A program made the translations under genes and the position numbers. From Hyaloraphidium curvatum SAG 235-1 (Eukaryota > Fungi > Monoblepharomycota): 64,000 nt of DNA. The notes beneath the pieces were generated by a model that did no database searches, was not told the origin of the DNA, and saw nothing but the letters and a program-made list of their open reading frames with translations. This document shows, one piece after another, positions 35,570 to 46,787 of the stretch; positions within the stretch are counted from its first letter, which is position 1, and each line of letters starts with the position of its first letter. The stretch is taken from NCBI GenBank assembly GCA_025558095.1, contig JAIVFI010000013.1, positions 124,001 through 188,000 on the forward strand, written 5' to 3'.

Positions 35570-37144
35570 TTACTCCGCCCCTCGTCCAGCCCGTGCCGGC
35601 CAGCTTCCAAGATCGTCCAGCACCGCCCTTGCCACCCGTGCTCCGCATTCCCGTGCCCCTTGCAAATTTGCAGAAGCGGGTCCTCCCCTTAGCGCGGCAG
35701 CAGCGCCGACAACAAAGACATTGCATCCATCGGCCCAGCGTAGGTCCTCTGTGAGGTTTGGAAGACCGCCATGCAGTCCTACAGGCTGCATCTCGTATAA
35801 GCTCGCTGTCAAAGAGTTGGACAAGCAATTGAATGAGAAGCCGGTGCCCAGCCAAACGGCGTCGCAGCTCATGTCGATGTTGTTCGAGAGGCTGAGTGTC
35901 CACCGGCATCGGTGGGCTCGGTGGACGTCGGGCACCCAAGCAGCGTCGAGGACCTCGGCATCCTCAATGACACGGAGGCGTCCGTTGCTGCGATAGGGTG
36001 CTAGTGCTTCCCAGAGCAGAGGCGAGATGCTTCCACCGCCCCTGGCTTCCCTCAGCGCAGCGAGCCGAAGTTCGGGACAACTCAGGCTCCAGAAGCTCGC
36101 CAACCTCCGCATGCGGTGACCCGCGGAAAGCCATGGGTCGGCCACGTCAAAGTGTTGCACTTTGATGCGCTTCCGGGAGATGATCGACACGGTGCCGGCA
36201 AGACCTTCCGCTAGGACCCGCAGCGCTGCATGTGCGGCCGTCATCCCAGCTCCCACGATTGCAACATGGTCTCCGTTGCGCACATCAAGCTTCGTCCTTG
36301 AGTCCGAACCAAGAAGGGAGAGGTGTAGCACTGCAGGGCTTTCAGATGTGGGGCCTCCATGGAGTGGAAAGCCCGAAAATGCCTCCGGAACAATGGGGAG
36401 ACCAGGGCCCAGGGCCAGGACCAGGTGACGGCATAGGAAAACGCGTCCATCGGCGAGTTCGACCTCAATGATCTTTGACGAGCCCGAGTAGTGCTGGAGT
36501 GCATGATTTCCGCTGTGCCAACGAACGGCTTTGGCCTCCCCAGGCTCGATGAGACGGTCCAAGTTGTACCGAGCTTGAAGATTCGACAGAAAAGCACCGA
36601 AAGCTTCCGATGAGGGCACCGCAAACGGACCGGCGTATGTTCGCGTTGGCCCACTTATCGGCAGCGACTTCGTCACCGGAACAGCCCCATTCCGCAGGCC
36701 GCGCTCTGCTGCTACTTTGTAGCATGCTTCATGCAGCGCCATTGTTGATGTGGGATCGATGTGTGTGCCCACGGAAGATCGTAAGTGTTCGATGGCCAGC
36801 TCGGAAAACGCTCGCCGCCAAGACCATGCCCATGTCCCGTGGGCATCGACGACGCGAAGTGCAGACCGGTCGAGAGCCCTGCCGACGGCAGACCCGGCCC
36901 GTGCCGTGATCTCGGCGTCTCCTTTCTTGGGCACGAGGTGCGGCGGGACGGCGTCGAACCTCGCGCGTAGGGACCCGTCCGCGCGTCGGCTGAAGAGATG
37001 GCGATTCCGGGGAACCAGCGCAGCGGGGTCGTCCGCGCCGGCAGCAAAATGCAGCAGGTAAGCGACTACGGCCAGTGCTGCCGGTCCAGCGCCGACGACC
37101 AACACGTCGACGGTTTCGGTGCCGCGGGAATCGTCGGCCGACAT
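35570..37144 (-). CDS. FAD/NAD(P)-binding oxidoreductase (lysine/ornithine monooxygenase-like fold)
   Basis: VLVVGAGPAAL, HLRS..THIDP, VAIVGAGMTAAH, WLGTG, GLPNLTEDLRW. Intronless; start codon uncertain. Confidence 0.8.
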   Translation of the reverse strand: MSADDSRGTETVDVLVVGAGPAALAVVAYLLHFAAGADDPAALVPRNRHLFSRRADGSLRARFDAVPPHLVPKKGDAEITARAGSAVGRALDRSALRVVDAHGTWAWSWRRAFSELAIEHLRSSVGTHIDPTSTMALHEACYKVAAERGLRNGAVPVTKSLPISGPTRTYAGPFAVPSSEAFGAFLSNLQARYNLDRLIEPGEAKAVRWHSGNHALQHYSGSSKIIEVELADGRVFLCRHLVLALGPGLPIVPEAFSGFPLHGGPTSESPAVLHLSLLGSDSRTKLDVRNGDHVAIVGAGMTAAHAALRVLAEGLAGTVSIISRKRIKVQHFDVADPWLSAGHRMRRLASFWSLSCPELRLAALREARGGGSISPLLWEALAPYRSNGRLRVIEDAEVLDAAWVPDVHRAHRCRWTLSLSNNIDMSCDAVWLGTGFSFNCLSNSLTASLYEMQPVGLHGGLPNLTEDLRWADGCNVFVVGAAAALRGGPASANLQGARECGARVARAVLDDLGSWPARAGRGAE

Positions 37145-37475
37145 GCCAAGCCGAGGGAGTTGCAGGTCTTCGTGAGCCAGATACACTGGCGGCACCAGTG
37201 TTGCCGCCAGCGGTGCGTTCGGGCGGCGCTTTTGAATCGAAAAAGCTTCCGAGGTGGTTTTGCGCATTAGCACGGCGCAACTACAGGTTCCAGGACCCAT
37301 TTTCCACACGATGCTTGGACCCAAAGACCCATGGACCCACAATCCCCTAACTTCTAATCTGTCCGCTCACCCGCTATACTACACTCCTGCACGGGAGCGG
37401 GAGGCCGGCTAACTAGGCAACCTCACATCCGATCATGCGCCCCGCTTCCTTCGTTGCCACATTTCAGCAGTCAGG

Positions 37476-38375
37476 TCAGTCCCTCCGAGCTGTGGCCGAA
37501 ACAATCATGAAGGGGGCAGTCATCCCGACCCCCTTTCTTCATTGAGCATCCAGGGCTATCACGAGCTCTTCCCTTATGGCCTGTTTCATTTCCTCGCTGA
37601 ACGACCTCGTGAGCACTGCAAGTGGCCCGTTTGCCATGACTAGCGCGGCTGCCAAAGCAGGTGTTGCTCCTGGTCCACCAATGTCCAGCGACATTGTGAA
37701 CGGGGCGCAATGGACATCGTCCCATCCAGCTTCGATTAGTGCGTTCCTGATTTCCGGCTCGTCTCCAAACTGGAATGCTCGTACGACGTCCTGCGAGCTA
37801 GGCAAATCGATGCCAGCACGGGCAGCCGTCCTGATCATCGTATCGATCGCGGTACGCAGCGATGGCGATGAATGGGGACCCATCCAGACTGCAATAGCAA
37901 GCCTGCCTCCTGACTTCAGAGCGCTGTGCAGGCTCCTGAATACCGCAGCGCCATCTCGATCCGCCGGCGTGGTGCCGAATCGAGATACAAGAACGTCGGC
38001 GGGAATCGACGGGCGCCAAGAACTCAGGTCAGCGAGCACTGGCTCGAGATGCCCCGAAGCAGGCTCAACGTGGCGCCAGGCAGCGCAGTTGAACGTCGCG
38101 CCGCCGAGGTCGACGCACCAGACCAGACCTTCGGGCCCCGTCCGCCGGGCCGCCTGCAGAGCCGTCGCGACGCTGCCGCAACTGGCGTCAACAACCTTTT
38201 GGCCCAGGCCAATGTCCGCAGCGGCGAAAAGCGGAGCGTCCACAGCAGCAAGAATCGCCTCGAAGCGGTCGGCGTCGCTTGCAAGACCGGCCCACAGCGC
38301 GCCGCGGGATGCAGCGGCGCCGGCGTTCAATGGGGCAATCATTGTAGAGACGAGCACTGATGAGCGGCCGGGCAT
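37476..38375 (-). pseudogene. Class I SAM methyltransferase (bacterial type) with degenerate motif I and internal TGA
   Basis: VVDASCGSV replaces the D-x-GCG-x-G motif; DVLVSRFG, LKSGGRLAIAVW. TGA at 37539-37541 is followed in frame by RKGVGMTAPFMIVSATARRD*. Confidence 0.6.
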
Positions 38376-38696
38376 GGAGGATGTTGAAGCAGAGTGTTGA
38401 GCTCAAGTCGGTGTTTGCAAACTTTCAGGCGCTCCCAAAAGATGGGGAATGGATCGGCGCCCGCCGATGGCCCGCTCTCGGACCCACAATTCGCCCGCCC
38501 CGAAACAAGGGAACCAACACAAACACTGAATACCTGTATAGGTACAGATTCCTACACCGCGACTCCAGCTTCCACGGAAGTTCAGATGGAGGAGCTGGGA
38601 CCTTGACCAGATGACGCATCGGAAGCGCCTCGAAACACATTCTGCGGCCAGCAAGACTTTCCGGCCTCTGCAACCGTCCATCGCTCAGCTCGCACG

Positions 38697-39219
38697 TTAT
38701 CGGATCACGTAGACGTCGTAGAACGGCCCGGTCGCCACCCTGTGCCCCACGCCCACGGCCAGCACGCGGTTCATCCACATTAGCTCGGGGTCGCCGGTCT
38801 CGAACCTGATCGCGGTACGGAAGTAATAGTCTTCCGGGCTCGCTTCGCCCTTGGCCACCTGAAGAGGCGAATGAGCGGCGGCGCAGGACCTGGCAAACCG
38901 CACGGACCTTGGCAAGCACCTCCGGAGCGCCCGCCCTCACGCCGGTGTAGCTCATGAAAAACGTCTGGTCCTTGTGCGTCTTGCACACCAGCCTCACATC
39001 CATGTGCGCCGTGCCGTCCGGCTCGACCCTGAGCCAGTCCGCCGTCGTCCCGGGGACCACGGTTCCGTTCAGCGACGGGCCGGAGAAGGTGCCCGACGTG
39101 ACCGGCACCACCCTCCGTTCCCCGCCCCAGGCGGTCGCGGCGGTGGACATCTGCGGCGCGCCCACGCCGAGCGAGATGCGGAAGAGGAATTCCGTGTTGA
39201 GGGGGAGGCGGTCGGCCAT
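38697..39219 (-). CDS. DUF3237 beta-barrel protein
   Basis: RRVVPVTSGTFSGPSLNGTV..ADW..DGTAHMDVR..YYFRTAIRFET..WMN. One intron at ~38858-38906. Confidence 0.88.
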
Positions 39220-39605
39220 TGCTGGATGTTGGTGCCGGATGTTGGGAGACACGGGGAAGGGCCCGGCGCGGCGTGCGGGTTCGGATGAAGGGAAACCTCC
39301 TCTGGGTCCGAATCGGTCGGAGGGCAGCTTCTGCTGCTGTACGCGAGTCGATAGACGAGCTGGCTCCGGGGCGGAAGCTGTTTGAGTCGGAGTGTCTCCC
39401 CAGCTGCGTCGATCGCCAACTACTGCTCTCGAACGAAACCTCGACTCCCCGGGCCCCACCGGCTTCTCAGCCCTTTCTGCATGACCATGGGCTTCCACGC
39501 ACCTCCTTTGGCCTATCAGGTTGAACTCTGCCTCTGCCCTCACTGTCGTTGATGACTATAGCAGCGGCTGGTGGAGGGTCAATGACGCAGACGAAGACAC
39601 ACTGA

Positions 39606-39860
39606 CTCCATTTTGAATCATCCGCGGGTACCCTCGAGGCCTACACCTTCACCCAGTCCGATTGCGGATCCAACATCTTAGGGGCGCCTTCGACAAACCC
39701 GTACGCGTCCGGCGGCACTCCAGGAACCTGCTTCCCTGTCTACGGTCACACGAGCGCCTTCATATTCGGGTCAAACTGCAACACACTGAGCAGGTATTAC
39801 GCAAACGCCACCTGCACCAACACACCTACGGTTGGCACCATCACGGTCCCGTTTGCTTGA
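39606..39860 (+). pseudogene. 5'-truncated relic paralog of the secreted protein at 23081..23747
   Basis: Open frame without ATG reads ...GGTPGTCFPVYGHTSAFIFGSNCNTLSRYYANATCTNTPTVGTITVPFA*, matching PNAPGDCVPTTSSSSVKFGAGCNSVDFFSDDACTTFAYTATITDPFP*. Confidence 0.65.
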
Positions 39861-40079
39861 AGCCCACCCCGAACTCCGATGGTTATCCCCAAGGCGTCGA
39901 CCCAATAAGGGACGTCGCGACGGGAGGAAGAGGCACTGTCGGCAGACAAAACCATTATTGTGGCGCACGTTTAAGCTGTTACGTTACATTGGGAGTCGAA
40001 TCTGAGGTATCGCAGATCCAGAAGATCAAAGGCTGCTCTACTCTCCGTATCCAAAGGCACGACGCCGCAGCGGCCGCGA

Positions 40080-41096
40080 TCAGCTTTCCGCGGCCTCGAC
40101 GACCCACAGCTCGCCTTCCTCCTTGCTCATCCTCCCCGCCACCTTCCGCCTGATCCCCGGTCCCCACCCTCTGGGAACGTCGTCCGCGAGCTGGAGCACC
40201 TCCACGCCCAGCGAGTCCTCGAACGCCGTCTCCAGACGGGGCTGCCTCCTCCGGTTGCGGGTGCGAGGTACCGTCGAGCGCTTATGCCGCTTGTGCGGGG
40301 TCGACACGGCATGGCGCAGGCGGACCTCCTCCTCATGCTGCGCGATCTTGCGCCCCTCCTCGGCCTCGTCCTCGTCCGTCTCGGCGGCGGGCTGCTTCGC
40401 ATGGTCGCCGTCTGCGGCGGTCATGTGCTCCTCCTCCTCGTGCTTCATTTCCTCGGGGCGCACCATGCCGGGGCCGCGGTAGGCCGAGCCGGCGTACCGG
40501 TCCGCAATGTCCGTGAGGTCGTCGTCCTTGCCGTGCACGGCGGGGGTCCCCTGCGGCGCCGGTGGCGCTTCCCCGGGAGTTGCAGGCAGAGAGGGTGCGG
40601 AAGCGGGACCTTCGAGCAGGGCTCCCGAGGCCAGATCAGTGATTTGGACCCCCCTGGGCCGGGAAATCGCCGCCAGCGAAAGGAGCAGGATCGCCCCCGT
40701 AAACAGCCCCGCCGCGAGGAACAGCGCGCCCCGCCTGGACGGCCTGTCGCGCTTGGTGCCCTCGACGTCGTAGTCCGAGCCCTTCTTCGCCCAGCCGGCG
40801 GCGTTGGGCGAGTGCGCGAGCATGTCCCCGGGCACGGCGAGGAACGGCACCGCCTCGGCCGCAGGCGACCCCTTGCGCAGCGACGGCGGGAGCGGCGGTT
40901 TCGACGACTCGTCGAAATCGAGGCCGACGGATTGCAGCGAGGGCGCCGCGGACGCGGGCGAGACCGGGGATGCGCCGCCCTCGTCGGCCGAGTACGAGTG
41001 CCGCACGACGCCGACTGCGAGCGACGACGCCGTGCCGCGCGCCGCGCCGAGCAGCGGCGCCGGCGGCGGCGGAGCGGAGGCCGACGGAGAGGGCAT
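40080..41096 (-). CDS. Hypothetical single-pass (type II-like) membrane protein
   Basis: Low-complexity N-terminus, RRGALFLAAGLFTGAILLLSLAAI TM, acidic lumenal part. Probable in-frame intron at ~40243-40326. Confidence 0.55.
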   Translation of the reverse strand: MPSPSASAPPPPAPLLGAARGTASSLAVGVVRHSYSADEGGASPVSPASAAPSLQSVGLDFDESSKPPLPPSLRKGSPAAEAVPFLAVPGDMLAHSPNAAGWAKKGSDYDVEGTKRDRPSRRGALFLAAGLFTGAILLLSLAAISRPRGVQITDLASGALLEGPASAPSLPATPGEAPPAPQGTPAVHGKDDDLTDIADRYAGSAYRGPGMVRPEEMKHEEEEHMTAADGDHAKQPAAETDEDEAEEGRKIAQHEEEVRLRHAVSTPHKRHKRSTVPRTRNRRRQPRLETAFEDSLGVEVLQLADDVPRGWGPGIRRKVAGRMSKEEGELWVVEAAES

Positions 41097-41417
41097 GGGG
41101 GTGCCGGGATTCGGATCAACAAACAGAGGGATTCGGAGTGTCGCGTGCGGGTCGCGTCCCGGCCCCAGCCCAAACTCCGCTCGCGTCCCGATCCCGCCAA
41201 ACTGCGGGCGCTGGACAAGGTAGTTGCTGCGATCGAAGAATGCTTGAGGGCATTCAAATGACAGGATACTCAACAGCGGCCCTAGGAGCGCCCAGCTCGG
41301 CACCAGAGGCACTCCATCGAAGGACACCCTGATCAACACAAGACACAGGCCGCGATGCCCCGGCAAACACTCCATCTGATCCCTTCCCCGCGTAAACATC
41401 CTCTCCACCAAGCTCCA

Positions 41418-42149
41418 TCAGGTCCCATCCCTCTTCAGCCCGACCATGTAGCCCCTGATCCTCGGCTCCTGCCCGACCACCTTGACCAGCTTGCAAATCG
41501 CCGGGTACTGCTCCTCGGTCACCTCGGCGAGCAGCTCGCCGTCCAGGTTCTTGAGCGCGACGAGGAAGTAGTACGTGGCGAGGTCGGCGTAGGTGGTCGT
41601 GTCGCCGACGTAGTGCCCGTTGTCCCCGTTCTTCTTGAGCAGCGCCTCGTGGTCCCGGAGGAAATCGGGCCACTTCTTGTTGCGGAAGTTCATCTGCAGC
41701 ATCCTCCGGAAGGCCACGGGTGCCTCGAAGATGTAGTTGCCCACTTGGTCGAAGTACCCCTCTGTAGGGCGGTCAAGAGCTGCCTCTTTGAACGGCGGCA
41801 GGAACCCACGGATGTTGGTTACCAGCATGTCCACCTCGGCCTGCTCGTAGCGGTCCTTCCCGTCCAGCCCAAACTCCCTCGCGATGTAGCGCTCGATGGA
41901 CCTGCTCTCGGCCAGAATGAACTTTTCCCCCTTCTTCGGCCCCTCGGTCCTCGTCTCCACCAGGATCGGCACCCGGCCGAACGGCGTCGTCCGCTTCACG
42001 TCCTTCTCGGGGTCCCGCACGCCCCAGTTCACGTCGTCCGATATGGGGACGAACGTGAACGGCTCGCCGGCCAGCGCGAAAAGCATCCGCGCGAGCTCCT
42101 CCCTTCCGGGGGCCTCGTAGTAGCAGAGCTGGAACCGAGGCACCGCCAT
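41418..42149 (-). CDS. Glutathione S-transferase (sigma/alpha-mu-like)
   Basis: YYEAPGREELARML, TPFGRVPIL, AESRSIERYIA, TYADL. Confidence 0.9.
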   Translation of the reverse strand: MAVPRFQLCYYEAPGREELARMLFALAGEPFTFVPISDDVNWGVRDPEKDVKRTTPFGRVPILVETRTEGPKKGEKFILAESRSIERYIAREFGLDGKDRYEQAEVDMLVTNIRGFLPPFKEAALDRPTEGYFDQVGNYIFEAPVAFRRMLQMNFRNKKWPDFLRDHEALLKKNGDNGHYVGDTTTYADLATYYFLVALKNLDGELLAEVTEEQYPAICKLVKVVGQEPRIRGYMVGLKRDGT

Positions 42150-42320
42150 GGTCCGCTGGGAATGCAATCTATTTTACGCTGGTGTTGGCGACCTGCCCGC
42201 ACGAGCGGGAGACAGAATGCGGGATTGGGCGCGGCGGAACCGATTTCAGCGCCGCTCACTCGCACTCCGCCAGGCCAGTCGCCGATACGCGTCGCGGCCT
42301 GCGATCTCCCCTTGCCGGCA

Positions 42321-44134
42321 ATGGCCAATTTCGAACGGAGCGTCTGGGGCTGGGGCTACGAGGGCGGCGTCGCCAAAGTTCCCCAGGTGCTCGTCCGCGC
42401 CGTGCTGGGCGTGCTCGCGACGAAGCTGCCGAAGCCGACGGCGCGGATAACGCAGCCCACGAAGGAACGGCTCGGCGAGGTCGCGAGAGGGCTGAGGAAG
42501 CCGCGATTCGCGAAGGATGACGTGCCCGCGCGCGTTGCCGAAGTGCTCAGCGACGACCCGCTCGAGAGGATGCGGCACAGCTTCGGCAAGTCGTTCGACG
42601 ACATCTGCCGTGGCGCGTTGCTGCAGTACACGAATCCACGTGGGCTGAGACTGCTGCTGGACCGGATCCGCTGCCATCTGACGCGTTTTCCGTTACTGAT
42701 CTGGCTCGATCCCGTGGCATCTGACGCGTCGCTCGGGCAGCCGACTACGTCGCCTTCCCGCGCGACGAGGAGGACATCGTGGCCATCCTGAATTACTGTA
42801 CCCGCACGGGCACACACTGCATTCCCTTCGGCGGGGGCTCGTCGGTCGTCGGAGGGATCGAGCCCGTCGCCGACGCGAAGCGAGGCGTGATCACCGTCGA
42901 CCTGACGCGTCACCTGAACCGGCTGCTGTCGATCGACGCGGAGAACATGACGGCGCGCGTGCAGGCGGGGGCGTTCGGGCCGCAGTTCACGGACCAGCTG
43001 AAGCGGGCTTCCGGCGGCAAGTTCACCTTCAGGCACTTTCCCCAGAGCTTCGAGTTTTCCACCGTCGGGGGATGGGTCGTGACAAGGAGCGGGGGCCACT
43101 TTGCGACCAACCACACGCACATCGACAGCTTTGTCGTCAGCCTGCGGATCGCGACGGCGGCGGGTGTCTTCGAGACCAGAGACTTTCCCTCTTCGGGCGC
43201 CGGTCCGACGCCGGATCGCATCTTTCTGGGGTCGGAGGGCATCCTCGGGATCGTGACGGAGGTTGTGCTCCGCGTGCACAAGCAGCCAAAGCATCGGGCA
43301 GCGTGCACGGTGGTCTTCCCCAGCTTTGAAGCAGGTGTCGCTGCAGCCCGCGGTGAGCCTTCAAAGCGAATAATCGACTCAGTCATTTTAATCCGTGATC
43401 TGACAGCCATTGCGCAGTCTGGACTGTACCCGGCGCAGGCCCGCCTCATGGACGACTCCGAAATCGTCATGCTCTCGGGCATGCAGCCCAAGGACAAGCA
43501 GCTGACGTCGCTGCTCCTTGGCTTCGAGTCCGCGGACGTGTCCGACCTCGATTCGAGGTACCTCGAGCCGGCGGTCCAGCTGTGCGCCGCGCACGGTGGA
43601 CAGGTCGAAGGCCGCGCGGCCGGCGCCTCCCCTTCCGGCGCGACGGACACGTTCAGGTCCAACTTCACTTCGGTGCCGTACCTTCGGGACGTCCTCCTCA
43701 TGCAAGGCGTCATCGTCGAAACCTTCGAGACCGCATGCACCTGGTCCGCGTTCCCGAAGCTCCACGCGCGGATGCTCCAGATCGCGCGGGACAACGGAGC
43801 GCTCATCTCGTGCAGGTTCACCCACCTGTACACGGACGGGCCAGCTCCCTACTACACCGTGGCCGCGAGCTCGACGGGCACGGACGGCGAGTCGATGCTC
43901 GCCCAGTGGCGGAAGCTCAAGAAGCTGTTTTCGGACGGGCTTGCCGAGACGGGCGGCACGATCACGCACCACCATGCCGTCGGGAAGGACCACCAACCCT
44001 GGTATGCCCGCGAAAAGGGCAAGGAGTGGGTGAACCTATTGAAGGGCATCAAGGGCATCCTGGATCCGGCTGCGGTGCTGAACCCGGGCACGATCCTGGA
44101 CGCGGAGGCAAAGGTCCTCAAGCCAAAGTTGTGA
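42321..44134 (+). CDS. FAD-linked alkyl-DHAP synthase-like oxidase (short bacterial AgpS type), ends -PKL
   Basis: RSVWGWG start, PFGGGSSVVGG, RHFPQSFEFSTVGGW, GSEGILG, ITHHHAVG, LNPG. Two introns. Confidence 0.88.
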
Positions 44135-44221
44135 TGCGGCATTAGCTGACGCAGGTAGCTCTAATAATCACCTCCATGACCCTCCGAGGCTCGCCTACAT
44201 TCTCGGTCCCTGCCGCAGCGC

Positions 44222-46621
44222 TCATGCTTCGTTGCCGTCCATCTCGAAGAGCTCCCCTCCCGCGGCCAACCCCTTGGGCCCCACGCTCTCCCGCCTGACG
44301 AGCGAGCCGACCCGCTTCAGGCTGCCGATCGGCGTCTCCTGGATCGGCGACGCCCCCATGGCCATGGGGCTTGTCGAGAGCACCGCCTTCGAGTCCACGG
44401 TCGGCCGGCCGACGCTCGTCGAGAGCGACGCCGGCTTGTAGGATCCGGAGAGGTACGAGCCGCCCTTGAACGACGTCGCCAGCGGGGATTCGGAGAGGCC
44501 GAGCGGGTTGTTGGCCCGGGCGAGGTCCGTGCCGAAGCGGACGGACTGCGCCTGCTGGAGGATCGACTGTCGGCGGATGCGCTCGGGTTCCTCGAGGGCG
44601 CGCAGCGGGAGGTGTTCGGCACCGGCGATCCAGAAGTAGTCGGGAATGGGGAAGCGCTGAAGAGCAAGGTCAGTATCCAAGGATCTCTCGGTGCGAAGGA
44701 AACGTACGGTGCGGTCGGTGAGCTCGAGGTAGATGCCAATGGCCTCCTTGATGTCCTTGCCTTTGGCGGTGAAGTATCCCAGGCATTCCTCGCCCTGGAC
44801 GTGGAACTTGTGATCCGGCCTGGCGCGTCGAACCGTCAGCAAACGAAATCACGAACCGAACTGCGGAGCACCCACGGCACTTCCCACATGACCTCGTAGA
44901 TACGCGGGTCGTTCTCCAGCTGGGCAAACAGGTCCAGATCCGCGTCCGTGATCTGGCCTTCCTTGCTCGAAAGGATGAACGACATGGCGAGCGCGCACTT
45001 GGGCTTGGGCGCTTTCTTGATCTCGACCGGGATCCCGACGCAGGCGTAGAGGCCCTGCTCGACCAGGTCCACGCCCCAGACCTCCTTGATCCACCACGGG
45101 TACGGGTTCTGAAGGCGGCGGATCAGACCGGCGCCAGCCCGCTCCCGCTACCCAGTCCACCCACCCCTCCCAGACGGCCGTTGACCTCGACGATCTGCGG
45201 TCCGGTCTGCGTCGTATACTTCATCTCCACGTGGACGACGCCGATGTGCATCCCCAGGGCCTGGGTGGAGGTGCGCACGGCCAGGTCCACGAGCTCCTGC
45301 TGCTTCCTTTCCGAGAGAACCGAGGGGATGTTGGAGCCGGTGTTGACGAAGGAGGGCTCGAGGGTCGGCAGGTCTGTCGACGACCGGTCAGGTCCATATC
45401 GGGGACCGCGCTCGAAAGGTTCTCACTGTCGGTTATGGACCAGAACATGAGCTTGCCGTCCTGGAGGAAGATGTCGACGTCGACCTCTTCGCCGTCTATC
45501 GCGGCTTTTCAGAACGAAGACGGGGCGGAGAACGTGGCGCTCCTTACCAAGGTATTGCTCCAAGAGGCAATCCGCGCCCTGGGCGTAGATGGCATCGTAC
45601 TCTGAGGAACATTGTTGGTGAGCTTGGATCATGCCAGGTCCGATGACAGATTCCCACCGACTGTCAGCAGCTTCTGGTTGTGCGCAAACGCCTTCCTTGC
45701 GTCGTCCTTGGTCAGGCACTTGACCGCCCCCATTGCCGACGCGCCAAACACGGGCTTGACGACGGCCGGGAACGGGCACTTTTCCAGGGCGCCCTCGAGG
45801 TCCTCCGTGGTCTTGCAGAGGATCGACACGGGGGTGGGCAGGCCGGCCTTGCGCATCGCCTCGCGGGTTTCGCGCTTCGAGCGGGCCAGTCGGGCGGAGT
45901 TGTACGGGTTGGCACGGAGGCCGAGGAGCTCGGCGATCTGGGAGGACATGGCGACGTTGTCCTCCCTGGACGAGAGGGGTCAACGAGCGTCCCTCGTCCC
46001 CGAAAGTAGACGCACCAGAAATTGTAGATGCCGTCAAACTCCAGGCCTGTCGCCTTGACCTTGTCCGCGACCTCTTTCGCGGCGGTCTCGTGGCTCAGCA
46101 TGTCGGCCTGATCGGAAGGCAGAAAGTGAGCTTGCGGTTCCATGTCGTGACATGGCGACAACGCGGATGTGCCACGATATCGTGAGGGAACCTCGGCGCC
46201 GGCGTGAATGCTGGCGGCCGCTCCCGACAACAGATGACAGGGTGCTCGGGCACTCCCGCTCCAACGCCCTTCCCCATTCATTCGCGCCACCGTCTGCCGA
46301 TGTTCCATCGCCGACCAACCTCGATGAAGAGCTCGATCCCCTCCATATCCTTGGCATAGCTGTCCGGCAGGTCGGCGACGACGACCTTGCACCCGAGCTC
46401 GATTGCCCGTTCGATGATAAAGCTCTGCGCGGCGGCAGGCGCCGTTCAGCGACCCCAAATCCCCGTCGATGCCTTGCTAGGCCATGCTCCACCTTCTCCA
46501 GATGGCCGGCGCCGGGGAACAGGATCCGGCGGCCCTTCAGAGCGGCGCGCCTCTCCTTGTCCGACATCTTCGTCTCGGACGGCAGGATCACGCTTGTCAT
46601 GCGCTTCGGTATCGTCGCCAT
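44222..46621 (-). CDS. ATP-grasp ligase, carnosine-synthase-like
   Basis: FPAVVKPVFGASAMG, LLEQYL..GEEVDVD, GVVHVEMKYT..GPQIVEVNGRLGG, WGVDLVE. Many short exons. Confidence 0.75.
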
Positions 46622-46787
46622 GGTGAGCCCTCGTCGAATGCCGCGCGGAGGAGGTCGAATCGATGCCCGGCTGCCGCGATGCGCGTCGGTCGAGTGGTCC
46701 CTGCGGGCTTATCGGGGCGACGACTCCTCGCGCGCGCGCGCCAGTAGCACCCGCGCCCCGGAGTGCTCCGGCCGACCCAAACACAGG

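Noticed and set aside
35570-39219. Secondary-metabolite cluster (flavoenzyme + methyltransferase + DUF3237)
   Set aside because: No backbone enzyme (NRPS, PKS, terpene synthase), transporter or regulator nearby, and the methyltransferase looks defective.
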